From an uncultured virus (IMG/VR IMGVR_UViG_3300026457_000001) (taxonomy: Duplodnaviria > Heunggongvirae > Uroviricota > Caudoviricetes), in the IMG/VR virus record IMGVR_UViG_3300026457_000001: a stretch of 64,000 bases of DNA, one strand, 5' to 3'. Shown piece after piece: positions 55,232 to 64,000 of the stretch. Both the position numbers and the translations under genes were made by a program. Each line of letters starts with the position of its first letter. The stretch's first letter is position 1. Under the pieces are notes generated by a model. That model saw only the letters and a program-made list of their open reading frames with translations, was not told the origin of the DNA and made no database searches.

Positions 55232-55546
55232 TCAGGAGGCCCAAGGGACACCGGCGGCTTTGGTTGGATTGCGTTGCTCATCAATTTGAGCTTGTAGTGC
55301 GCCTTCAATTTCGGCAACTTTTTCGTTGCCGCCGAGGGCTTCCTTGACCCAGCCGATCACCAGCTCTTCGGTGAGATCAGCAAAAGGGATCAACTCACCC
55401 TCGGGGCGCTCAAAACCCAACGAGCCATAGGCACCAGCTTTGTAGGTGCCGTCATTGGCATCAACGGTGTAGTGAGCAGTGAACACGTAGCCGTCGCTGG
55501 TTTCACGCTCCAGCTGCGCAATCTTCCAAGTAAAGGTGGTGGCCAT
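55232..55546 (-). CDS. Tail-fibre-associated hypothetical protein
   Basis: FTWKIAQLER..IPFADLTEE.VIGWVK..GVPW; follows fibre. Confidence 0.7.
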   Translation of the reverse strand: MATTFTWKIAQLERETSDGYVFTAHYTVDANDGTYKAGAYGSLGFERPEGELIPFADLTEELVIGWVKEALGGNEKVAEIEGALQAQIDEQRNPTKAAGVPWAS

Positions 55547-55608
55547 GAGTGATGTGGCGATGGTTAAAGCTAAAGGTTGTGCAACCTGTTGAGTAGGCCG
55601 GTTGCCCG

Positions 55609-55675
55609 CCTAGTGACGTGGACTAGGAACTCCTAATTAGGAGGAAACTAGGAGGTGGCTAGTGAAGGGGACTAC
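55609..55675. repeat. Cluster of two TAGTG-N5-GACTA sites, CTAG repeats and a 14-bp palindrome
   Basis: CCTAGTGACGTGGACTAGG (55609-55627), CTCCTAATTAGGAG (55630-55643), TAGTGAAGGGGACTA (55660-55674). Confidence 0.75.
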
Positions 55676-57687
55676 GCGCCCTCAAGAGCAGCAACTTTGG
55701 CTTCAAGGGTTTCGATGCGCTCAATCGACTCTTTGAGAGCGGAAGTTAAAACAGAGATCAGGTTGCCTTCGGCAATGCCAAGGAACTCCTCCTCTGGAGC
55801 AAGTACATTACCGTCAGAACTAATAACAGCAGGCCGAACGTTTTGCTTAATAACGCTATTAAGCCAAGGTTTGCCAGCAAGAACAGTCTGAACCTCTTGT
55901 GCAATGAATCCAACCTGAGTACCACCTGGGAAATTGTGGCCCTCACGTACTAAAACCTCATTACCATCGTCGTTAATACGGGTAATATCTTGCTGAGGCT
56001 TCCAGTCAAATGAAACTGGACGGAGTGCTTTAACAAGATCAATGCAGCCATTCAGTGTTGCAATGTTTTCCTTGTAGCGTCCGTCAGAGGTAGCGATAGT
56101 TGCACTTGTGGCAAAGATCTGACTATTGACTTGTAGACGGTAGGCGCCGTTGTCGGTGGTGTAACCAATGAGTAGCTCTTGCGCATTGTTAATCCTCATC
56201 GCCTCAGTCGGAGTACTCGCTCCGTCTGCGGTTGTAGAGAATATAAGGCGCCCTGGCATGTCATTAGTGCCAGGGGTACCGTCTACTTGGGCAAGGATTC
56301 GTGCAGCAGTTAAGAAAGAGGTACCGTCGTCAGCGGTAAACTCAACTCTTCCGATATTATCACTACTAGAAACAATGCCGTTAGTACCTACAGTTCCGCC
56401 ACGGCTTTTTGCAAGAGTGATACCGGGATCTGCCGTGCTTGCATCCCATCGAGATAAGGAAGCCCTGGCCGCGCTTGTAGTGCCAGCAACTTGAAAACCT
56501 TCAAAACCAGAGCTGTAAGAACCAACGTTTAACGCACTAGTCGTCCCAATCAACGTTCGACCCGATGAATCAATACGCAGTCGCTCCGTTGGAGCACTCG
56601 CCCCAGACGCAGTTGTACTCAGCACGATCCTGCCTGGCATGCTATTAGTGCCAGGGGTACCGTCTATTCGAGCTTCAATTTCTGCTGCAAGAATAAAGGA
56701 AGTTCCATCGCTTCCAGCAAAGTTGATTCTCCCTAGCTGATCGCCATCAATAACAATAGTATTGGATCCGACTGCAGCTCCTTTTGATTTGGCAAAACCT
56801 AGAATTGAGCTAGCACTGTTAACAGAGTTTCTGGTAATAACAAAAGATGTAGTATTTGCATCCGTTCCTTCAAGTTGAGTTTGAGCTGTAACACCTGCAC
56901 TAAGAAAGTTTGTGCGCGCAGTAGATGTGCCAACCAACACGCGACCACTCGCATCAACCCTGAGCCTCTCCGTGCTATTAGTCGAGATGCCTACGGTGTT
57001 TGCGGCAGGTAGATAAACCCCATTTGTGGGAATGGTGCTGCTGCTTGGAATCAGGCTTGCACCAGTAACCGTACCTGTGGTGGTGACGTTTTGACTACCG
57101 AAGTCAGGGCTGATCTTGGTGCCGGCAATGGCAGCAGAGGCGTTGACATCAACATCAACAATGGTGCCATTAGCAATCATTGTCGAGGTTACAGTGCCCG
57201 TATCACCCGTGCTAACCAATGTTCCAGTTGCATCGGGCAATGTCAGCGTGCGATCTGACCCAACAGATGCGGGCGCTTGAATAGCAATGTAGTTAGTGCC
57301 GTTAGCAGTGGCTTCACGAAAACGAACCTGTTGCTGATTATCCATCACCAGCGCACCAGTCATGGTGTCACCGCTGGCATTAACAAATTCGCCGGCTTCA
57401 CTTTGCCACGCGCTACCGTCCCAGACTTTTAGAACGGGATTAGTTCCGCTGGTATCAAGCCACTGCTCGCCTTTAGTATTGCCTGTTTGACCACCTGAAG
57501 CAGGGCTGGCATTAGGGGCAGTTGCTCCAACATGGACAGGACCGACCTTAACAAGATCGCCGTTGCTGTCCTTAAAGAAAACACCGGGGCTAGCGAGGTT
57601 GGTATTGATGGCGAGTTGACCATCACTTACGCCGGCCGGCAAAGGGCGCTTGTGAGCAGTGCTGCTGCGCAGATGTTGGAGAGCCAT
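55672..57687 (-). CDS. Tail fibre with C-terminal intramolecular chaperone (peptidase S74)
   Basis: DGTPGTN.MPGR..STT..G...PTE repeats; TSDGRYKENI..LRPVSFDWK..GFIAQEV..coiled coil. Confidence 0.88.
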   Translation of the reverse strand: MALQHLRSSTAHKRPLPAGVSDGQLAINTNLASPGVFFKDSNGDLVKVGPVHVGATAPNASPASGGQTGNTKGEQWLDTSGTNPVLKVWDGSAWQSEAGEFVNASGDTMTGALVMDNQQQVRFREATANGTNYIAIQAPASVGSDRTLTLPDATGTLVSTGDTGTVTSTMIANGTIVDVDVNASAAIAGTKISPDFGSQNVTTTGTVTGASLIPSSSTIPTNGVYLPAANTVGISTNSTERLRVDASGRVLVGTSTARTNFLSAGVTAQTQLEGTDANTTSFVITRNSVNSASSILGFAKSKGAAVGSNTIVIDGDQLGRINFAGSDGTSFILAAEIEARIDGTPGTNSMPGRIVLSTTASGASAPTERLRIDSSGRTLIGTTSALNVGSYSSGFEGFQVAGTTSAARASLSRWDASTADPGITLAKSRGGTVGTNGIVSSSDNIGRVEFTADDGTSFLTAARILAQVDGTPGTNDMPGRLIFSTTADGASTPTEAMRINNAQELLIGYTTDNGAYRLQVNSQIFATSATIATSDGRYKENIATLNGCIDLVKALRPVSFDWKPQQDITRINDDGNEVLVREGHNFPGGTQVGFIAQEVQTVLAGKPWLNSVIKQNVRPAVISSDGNVLAPEEEFLGIAEGNLISVLTSALKESIERIETLEAKVAALEGA

Positions 57688-57724
57688 TCCTTAACGCCCT
57701 TAGGCCGGAAATTACCCTTTCAGC

Positions 57725-59434
57725 TTAGTAAGTTCCATCATTTAGATCGCTAGTCAAGGCAACTGTTCCGGTTGCATCCTTGAAGGTAATTGTGCGATCA
57801 GCGGTTGGATCAGTTACTGCAAGAGTGGTTTCGAAGGGATTATCTGTAGCGCCTTCAAATACCAAGCTGCCTGCCGCACCAATCAGCAGCTGACCGGTCA
57901 CTGTGCCACCGGCTTTTGGCAACTTTTCGTCGTCTAGTTCTGCAATAGCACCTTGGACATTGGTACTGGCAATTGTTCCATAAGGTGTAAAGCCGATATT
58001 TGACGCAATTTGCGCCGTGATTGTTTCCGAAGTTTCAATCAGTACATAACTTGTCCCGGTTGAAAGCAAAATATCTGGCGGTTCAAGGGTTACAGCTGGA
58101 GCAGGGGCTGTACCAGTACCTGATTGACTAACAACTACATAAGATCTGTTATTACCAGCAGAAGCAGCAGGCAAGGATTGACCATTTACAAAGCCAGCGG
58201 CAAGGCCTTCAACGGTTACAGAATCAAGAAGATTAGTGCTGGCGTCGTATGTGCCAGCGAGGATAATTTCACCTGCGCTAATTCCTACTGGCTGATAAAC
58301 ATTGCCATCCCACAGGTAAAGTTCGCGGGTAATTGGGTTAAAGAAAAACTGGCCAATATGATCTGCAACCGGTTGAGTTTCACCAATCGCTGTTACAGAA
58401 TAGTTAGCAAGTTTATTTGCAACAATAGCCGCATTAGCGATACGAGTTGTTGGGAAAGTTCCCGTTGTAATTTTTGCGGTATCTAGATCTGGAATATCTG
58501 TAGCAATTAGACCTTCAGATGCGGTTACATGGCCTTCAGTGTCATATGTAATTTTGGTGCCCGTAGTGGCGGTAACTGTATTTGCGTGATTCAGAAAACC
58601 AGTAACGTCAACACCAAGTCCAGTCCCGGGTTTAATTGCCCCAACGGTACTTTCTGTCGCAATAGGCAAATCAGATGGCCCAATTATGCCTCCGTCGGTG
58701 ATCAAACCGTTGGCTGTATATGTAACAAGATGTCTTGTGGCACTACTGCTTACAGTATTATTGATTGCAATGGTATCGCCACTTAGGGTTAAGCCGTTTC
58801 CACTAACAATTACGGCGCCCTTAGTGGAAGTTGTTGCAGTAGGAAGATCCGTTGAAGCAATCGTGCGGTAACTTACTGCGCCAGCGCCTCCAGTTGGACC
58901 GGCTAAAAATTGAGCTGCAGCACCGGTGTTATCAAGTGTTGTGCTTATGGTGACTTCATCCCCAGATGTACTAACACTGATATTGACTACTCCACTGCTG
59001 CTACCAAGAACGCTGTTAATCGATCCAGCTGCTTTAAGGCTGATCCAACTTGTACCATCCCAGCAATAAATTTTGCTGTCATCGGTATCCAAGGCAATTT
59101 GACCGACAAAAGCGCCACTAGCGGGAAGAGTGGTAACGAGATCAACGCTGGATTCGTCGGCCAGCTTTGCGGCTGTTACTGCGTCATTCGCTAACTGAGT
59201 TTCTGTAACGCTGCTGTTCTGAAGGGCCGCACCAGCAACAGTATTGTTATTGAAGAGAATTTTGGCGCCGGGAATTGTGGCGTCAGCAATCAGTGTGGTG
59301 GCATTGCCCACCAGATCGGTAACAGTGATTCGCTTGGTTTCACTAGCGCTTACGTCTGCGATCGGCAGAAGATCACCTGCGGCAAGGTCATTACCAGCAA
59401 GTGCCGCTAGTTCGCTGATACGAAGGTCGGCCAT
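57725..59434 (-). CDS. Tail fibre (proximal) protein (unit B)
   Basis: MADLRISEL..DVSASETKRIT N-terminus homologous to 18976-20679. Confidence 0.8.
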   Translation of the reverse strand: MADLRISELAALAGNDLAAGDLLPIADVSASETKRITVTDLVGNATTLIADATIPGAKILFNNNTVAGAALQNSSVTETQLANDAVTAAKLADESSVDLVTTLPASGAFVGQIALDTDDSKIYCWDGTSWISLKAAGSINSVLGSSSGVVNISVSTSGDEVTISTTLDNTGAAAQFLAGPTGGAGAVSYRTIASTDLPTATTSTKGAVIVSGNGLTLSGDTIAINNTVSSSATRHLVTYTANGLITDGGIIGPSDLPIATESTVGAIKPGTGLGVDVTGFLNHANTVTATTGTKITYDTEGHVTASEGLIATDIPDLDTAKITTGTFPTTRIANAAIVANKLANYSVTAIGETQPVADHIGQFFFNPITRELYLWDGNVYQPVGISAGEIILAGTYDASTNLLDSVTVEGLAAGFVNGQSLPAASAGNNRSYVVVSQSGTGTAPAPAVTLEPPDILLSTGTSYVLIETSETITAQIASNIGFTPYGTIASTNVQGAIAELDDEKLPKAGGTVTGQLLIGAAGSLVFEGATDNPFETTLAVTDPTADRTITFKDATGTVALTSDLNDGTY

Positions 59435-59479
59435 GCCTCAGTGCCTGTGTGACGATTACAGTTACACCGAGTCTAAGTC

Positions 59480-60376
59480 TTACTCCCGTTCTTCCAACAG
59501 CATAAAGGAATCTGGATCCTGCTCCAGCTCGATCTTGCCTGTGTCTTCCTGCAACAGATAGCGGTTGGGCAATGTCTGAGCCTTAAGTCGAATCGGTCCA
59601 GTGGCAACAAAATCAATTGTGCCGACCACAAGTGCATCAGTGGTAAAGCTGACCGCACTAGCAGTCACAAGAGCATCAAATTCCCACCATAGGGCGTCAT
59701 TGATCTGAGTTGCCGCAAACGACCCAGCATGTGCAGTCGTATTGGGGTATTTAATATAAAATTTACCGTGAAATGCGGATCCAATTTCAGTCCTAAGCAC
59801 TAACTGCATTAAATAATTGACAGGCTCTACTTCGCCATTATTAACGTAATCCCATTGGGCGGTCAGTCGTCCACTTCCAGTGATCAAACTGCTGTATTGC
59901 TGGCGATGCTCGTCACTAAGAGTTGTAATATCAACAACTTCACGATTAGTGTTCAGTTCGTACTCTGTTACCGATGCCAATAGTCGCGAATCACGATCAC
60001 GAATTACGGCGCGAATTGGAATGTCGCGTGCGATAGCAGTAAGTGGGATCAAGCCAGTTGAACCGCCTTCTAGGCTCGCATCAAAACTGCTGTACAACTT
60101 AATTCCGCCCAAATCATCAACGTAGGCGTACCAGTTCCCGCTTGTTTGAACTGTATTATTGGCCCATCCGCTTGCTGCAACAAAATCTAAATTTGTGCCG
60201 TCAGTTGTCGAAAGCTCCAGTAGATCGCCACTGATTAAAAAACCAGAATCAAAATCGAAGCTAAAACGATCCCTATTCGCATTTACATCGGATGGATTAA
60301 CGATAGAAGTTTTATTGCCTTCCAATGATTTGCGCGTCAGCTCAATATTGCCGACATTGCCTAAATAAAGTCCCAT
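59480..60376 (-). CDS. Minor tail protein (unit B)
   Basis: Diverged homolog of 20703-21566. Confidence 0.7.
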   Translation of the reverse strand: MGLYLGNVGNIELTRKSLEGNKTSIVNPSDVNANRDRFSFDFDSGFLISGDLLELSTTDGTNLDFVAASGWANNTVQTSGNWYAYVDDLGGIKLYSSFDASLEGGSTGLIPLTAIARDIPIRAVIRDRDSRLLASVTEYELNTNREVVDITTLSDEHRQQYSSLITGSGRLTAQWDYVNNGEVEPVNYLMQLVLRTEIGSAFHGKFYIKYPNTTAHAGSFAATQINDALWWEFDALVTASAVSFTTDALVVGTIDFVATGPIRLKAQTLPNRYLLQEDTGKIELEQDPDSFMLLEERE

Positions 60377-60801
60377 TAGATTGTCACCGCAGTGAGGGCC
60401 CCTGTGCCTTGGAAAGAAATCTCTGCACGAGTAACTTCCCCAACACTGGCACCAAAACTTACGCTTGTAATGTATGCAGTTAGTTCAACATCATTGACAA
60501 TTGTTCCGTCTCTAAGGCGAAGACGTAACGTAACAGTGTCTGTACTGGCTACACCATCAACACGTAGAATTTTTTTCAATGCCGTAGCGGCATCGTTACG
60601 ATCTTCGTCGTCTTTGTAATACAGAAGTGTGGCACTGCCGTTAAATTCCTGAACGCCAGGTACATAACTACGCTGTGCTTGTCCCAGTGTGGTTGTCTCA
60701 AGAACTTCGAGGGAGCCAGTCAAAGTCCAGTTGCTGACCTTGAGCTGGGAAACGCCGTCGATTAGCAGGCGTCCATCGCGACCGGTATAGACCTTAGCCA
60801 T
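60376..60801 (-). CDS. Minor tail protein (unit B)
   Basis: Diverged homolog of 21566-21994. Confidence 0.7.
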   Translation of the reverse strand: MAKVYTGRDGRLLIDGVSQLKVSNWTLTGSLEVLETTTLGQAQRSYVPGVQEFNGSATLLYYKDDEDRNDAATALKKILRVDGVASTDTVTLRLRLRDGTIVNDVELTAYITSVSFGASVGEVTRAEISFQGTGALTAVTI

Positions 60802-61175
60802 TAGATGACTCCCACCAGTTCAACTCTAACGCTGGAAATCCCAGGGCGAATATTGGTCACCTGCGGTGGCGACGAATAACGCCAAGCAGCATTGGTGCCG
60901 CTACCTGCATTTAACGCAGCACCCCTCCAGCCAGTAAGCGCCTCTGTTGGCAAGGTAAAAGTCAAAAAGGTGCCTTGTGTTTCATTGTAATGAACAAGGA
61001 AAGCGTCGGCATTGGCATCCGTAATGTTGTCGTAACTCAGCGCCAAAGTTGGGTTTGTTCGCTGGTTGCCGTACCGGATGCGTACTTCTGCTCCAGATTG
61101 CGCAGGAAAAACCTTGACCGGCCAATCACCTGGAGCGTAATCGCGGGTTGAAGGAGCAAGCGTTGGATAGGGCAT
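60801..61175 (-). CDS. Minor tail protein (unit B)
   Basis: Diverged homolog of 21991-22377. Confidence 0.65.
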   Translation of the reverse strand: MPYPTLAPSTRDYAPGDWPVKVFPAQSGAEVRIRYGNQRTNPTLALSYDNITDANADAFLVHYNETQGTFLTFTLPTEALTGWRGAALNAGSGTNAAWRYSSPPQVTNIRPGISSVRVELVGVI

Positions 61176-64000
61176 TAGTCAAGGTATTCAAACAATGACG
61201 AATCCATTACGTCCACAGCCACTTTACTGCGACCATCAGCGTCTGTCGGTACAGCCACAGCGGCGACTTCAACCAAACCATCTTCGTCAAGCGTCAACTG
61301 CTCCACCTGATAAACGCCTTTTCTGTAATTTGTGTTTTGGATGCTGATCAAAGTTGTTCCTGTATCCAAAGCAGGCGTTACAACTCCGTTTGAAATTGTG
61401 ATGGTTTGGGTAGTTACTTCTGTGCTTCCAGGAGCATAGACATATGCCTGATACGTTCCATTTGGAATCAGACTCACGCTAGTTATTGTTCCATTTGGTG
61501 AAACGAGCGCATTGTTACCAGCACTGTATGTAGTGTCTTCCGTTAATACGCGAATGTATGATCCTGGACCAATCGAAAGCCCATCCGGAACAGTTTTGAA
61601 GTTGATAGTGTGATCAACGTGTTTTCTGACAGCAAGTAAAAACCGTGCGGTAAGCAATGCCTGTGTTTTGCTGCAACAAAATGCCGTAAGATCATAATTT
61701 TCCGTTATCGTTGTTCCATATTTATTGGTGTTGTAACTTACGATTGAAGATAGTTCTGAGGGCAGTTCGTAAGGAATTGCATCGCGATACCGAACAGAAA
61801 TGCTCAAAGGTTCACGTTGTGCCGCCTCTAAATATGAGAGGCTGAAACTGCCTTCAATGATGTTGCCTGCGCTAAAGATTTGCTCTACAACAACAGCATT
61901 CGTATTAATCGTGCCATCTGTATTTGTTGGCAGCGCTGGCATCATGCCAAATTTGCCGTTTTTAATAATAAAATTGCACAGTAGCAATGGCGCTTGGCTC
62001 GCCATGAACTCACGGAAGTTCTGCGGTGTCTCTAGCACAGTATTGTATTGAATTTTATTTGCACGTAAAAATGTGCCTGTTGTCCGAAGGGATTCAACAT
62101 CAATAAGCGAAGAATTGACCAGGCCGCCAACACCTTGTTTTTTATTGGTGAGGAGATAGTAAACAAGATCCGTAAACTGATTGCTTGGGCCAACGGCATC
62201 ATCGTCATTCAAACGAACAACATCAATGCCTGTTTCTATCCATGCCCGCAGTTGATCAACAGTTTTAAGGCTGGTACTGGATTTGATGCTTAAACCGATC
62301 ATGCTCATATCTTCGTACTGGGCCACTGTGTCATCGGCGATCGCCTCGTTCACATAAACGATTTGATGTTCAGGGCCTTGCTCGCAAGATTTTTCAAGTT
62401 CAACGTAATGGCTGCAATCACTGACTTGACTATTCTCTTCAAAAATGCGGCCCTCTTCGTCAACGCTTACCGAAGTGACGGTTGTCCCAGCTGTTACTGA
62501 GTCAATCTTCAGTTTTACGGCAACTTCCTTGTATCCATAATGTTGGCTGTATTTTGTTCGTGTTAAAACTTGCGTATTCCACGCTGCATCATTAGCGGCC
62601 CATGAACCGGTAGACGACACAATAGTGAACGAATAACTCCCAACCCAACTCCACTTATTGCCAAAAAGCTCAATGTGCTTTGGCCCAGAAGAAGCTTCGG
62701 TTGATGTAGCTGTCAACTTAACGGTAATTGTCCTGCCAGTCCCACCATTGAAAGTAAGGTTTACGCTCTTTGTTTCGCCAGCTTGTGTGGCCGCGTCTCC
62801 TAGCGCCTGATCCATGTAGGCAACAAGAACAAAATTTGCATTGAGATTATCTGCAACAAAAGCTTCAACGGATATAGATTTAGGCTTGGATTCAGTTGTC
62901 GTTGTTTCAGAAATTGTTTTATTGGGATCAGCTACAAGCTCGGGATTGATGGCAATGGCAGATTGGGCTACCTTGTCCCCAACAATTGTCATCCTGAATT
63001 TTCCGTATGTTGTTTCAAAGTCCTCTCCAATGGTTGTGCCAACCTGTTTATTTAGCCGCCAAAAAATAGTGTCTTTTCCTTGAAAAATGGCAATATCGCT
63101 GCCGCTGTGGGGAATAAATCGAAACTCGTAGCGGCCGCGATTGCGTGGTCTGATACGAACATAGTTATACATGTCAACAGGAGAATTACCTGTTACGCAA
63201 AAAATAATCGGAATTCTTGACCACGCCTGCAAAGGCTGATCGGTTTCTTTCCACTCTGGAATTGGACGCACCCATATTGAAAAACATGAAGTGCGCTCGA
63301 AATATTTATCCATTCTTGGCGTATTAAGCTGTATCTCTTTATCGTCTTTTCTTTTTAGTGTTTCTGGGCTAGGAATAGCATTGAAATTGCACAATCCGCT
63401 AGCGCGATTCCATACCTGTGATTTAATCCCTACTTCAATGGTGTCCGCAATGCGCACCATGCGCACAGTGGCAACATCATATTGAACAAGGTTATAGAAA
63501 GCTGCCCCACAATGTTTTGTGGGATTTTTTGCGGTGCCCTCATCTCCTCCTAGAGGCTCGGTTGATGCACGCATACCAGCAATGCCAATTTTGGCCGTGC
63601 CAGTAGTGCTTACACACTTAAGAGTTACATTGACGTTGTAACCACGTTCCCAGATTTTCTTTGGTGATGAGGCATCCCTAGAAATGACAACCCATTGACT
63701 TGCGCCGATCATCCAACGACTGCCAACGGTTAGCAAATTGTCTGCTCTAACGCGCCATGTATCTGCGGCACTGGTTAAATCTTTTAGATTGTGGCCATAC
63801 TGTTTCAACGATTTTCCGATATTCTTGTCGTTACTTACATAATCGCTAGCCGCAAAATCATTCCAGTCAAGACTATTGATACGAAATACAATTGTGTCAT
63901 TTGCTTTTACATTGATTTCTGTCCGATCTTGATACTCGGTCATTTCCCCTCCAACGGGGGTATGACGAATTAAGCCCATGCGACGGCCGTAGGCGCGTCC
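61175..64000 (-). CDS. Tail tip/host-specificity protein, 5'-truncated by the window end
   Basis: Frame stays open from 63979 to 64000; GPSN.F.DLV..NIIEGSF..YDLT.FC similar to 22374 gene. Confidence 0.75.
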   Translation of the reverse strand, partial: GRAYGRRMGLIRHTPVGGEMTEYQDRTEINVKANDTIVFRINSLDWNDFAASDYVSNDKNIGKSLKQYGHNLKDLTSAADTWRVRADNLLTVGSRWMIGASQWVVISRDASSPKKIWERGYNVNVTLKCVSTTGTAKIGIAGMRASTEPLGGDEGTAKNPTKHCGAAFYNLVQYDVATVRMVRIADTIEVGIKSQVWNRASGLCNFNAIPSPETLKRKDDKEIQLNTPRMDKYFERTSCFSIWVRPIPEWKETDQPLQAWSRIPIIFCVTGNSPVDMYNYVRIRPRNRGRYEFRFIPHSGSDIAIFQGKDTIFWRLNKQVGTTIGEDFETTYGKFRMTIVGDKVAQSAIAINPELVADPNKTISETTTTESKPKSISVEAFVADNLNANFVLVAYMDQALGDAATQAGETKSVNLTFNGGTGRTITVKLTATSTEASSGPKHIELFGNKWSWVGSYSFTIVSSTGSWAANDAAWNTQVLTRTKYSQHYGYKEVAVKLKIDSVTAGTTVTSVSVDEEGRIFEENSQVSDCSHYVELEKSCEQGPEHQIVYVNEAIADDTVAQYEDMSMIGLSIKSSTSLKTVDQLRAWIETGIDVVRLNDDDAVGPSNQFTDLVYYLLTNKKQGVGGLVNSSLIDVESLRTTGTFLRANKIQYNTVLETPQNFREFMASQAPLLLCNFIIKNGKFGMMPALPTNTDGTINTNAVVVEQIFSAGNIIEGSFSLSYLEAAQREPLSISVRYRDAIPYELPSELSSIVSYNTNKYGTTITENYDLTAFCCSKTQALLTARFLLAVRKHVDHTINFKTVPDGLSIGPGSYIRVLTEDTTYSAGNNALVSPNGTITSVSLIPNGTYQAYVYAPGSTEVTTQTITISNGVVTPALDTGTTLISIQNTNYRKGVYQVEQLTLDEDGLVEVAAVAVPTDADGRSKVAVDVMDSSLFEYLD

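Larger units (their letters stand above)
38816..64000. mobile_element. Unit B: partial genome of a related phage (packaging, early, lysis and distal tail genes)
   Basis: Same gene order as unit A with near-identical core and different terminase and tail genes; runs off the window end. Confidence 0.9.

Noticed and set aside
55609..55675. Mini-CRISPR interpretation of the CTAG array
   Set aside because: Units are far too short and irregular; no cas genes (the PD-(D/E)xK nuclease is in a recombination module)
56250..56670. DNA repeats in the unit B fibre (and 19700-20140 in unit A) as DGR template/variable repeats
   Set aside because: Both copies are in-frame protein repeats, differences are not adenine-specific, and no reverse transcriptase is present

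Overview
The window is entirely phage DNA; I saw no host genes, rRNA, tRNA or CRISPR. It holds one circularly complete 38,815-bp siphovirus-type genome (unit A, 1-38815), followed by about 25 kb of a closely related but distinct genome (unit B, 38816-64000). The two are joined by an exact 127-bp repeat (1-127 = 38816-38942), which suggests a de Bruijn assembly join of two co-occurring relatives rather than a biological tandem. Gene content resembles small temperate-type cyanobacterial siphoviruses (inference only). A and B share a near-identical recombination/lysis core but differ in terminase pair, MTase, homing endonucleases and tail module. The top finding is a 271-aa intein in the MuF minor head gene with no recognisable in-frame endonuclease. 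Instead it carries a complete HTH-NUMOD3-Vsr/DUF559-like endonuclease gene on the opposite strand, codon-aligned and wholly inside the intein. The second is a recurrent TAGTG-N5-GACTA site at gene ends and variable tail loci, together with an arm-less tyrosine recombinase and a truncated tail-gene stub, suggesting a cassette-exchange system. All functional calls come from motif recognition by eye, not database searches.
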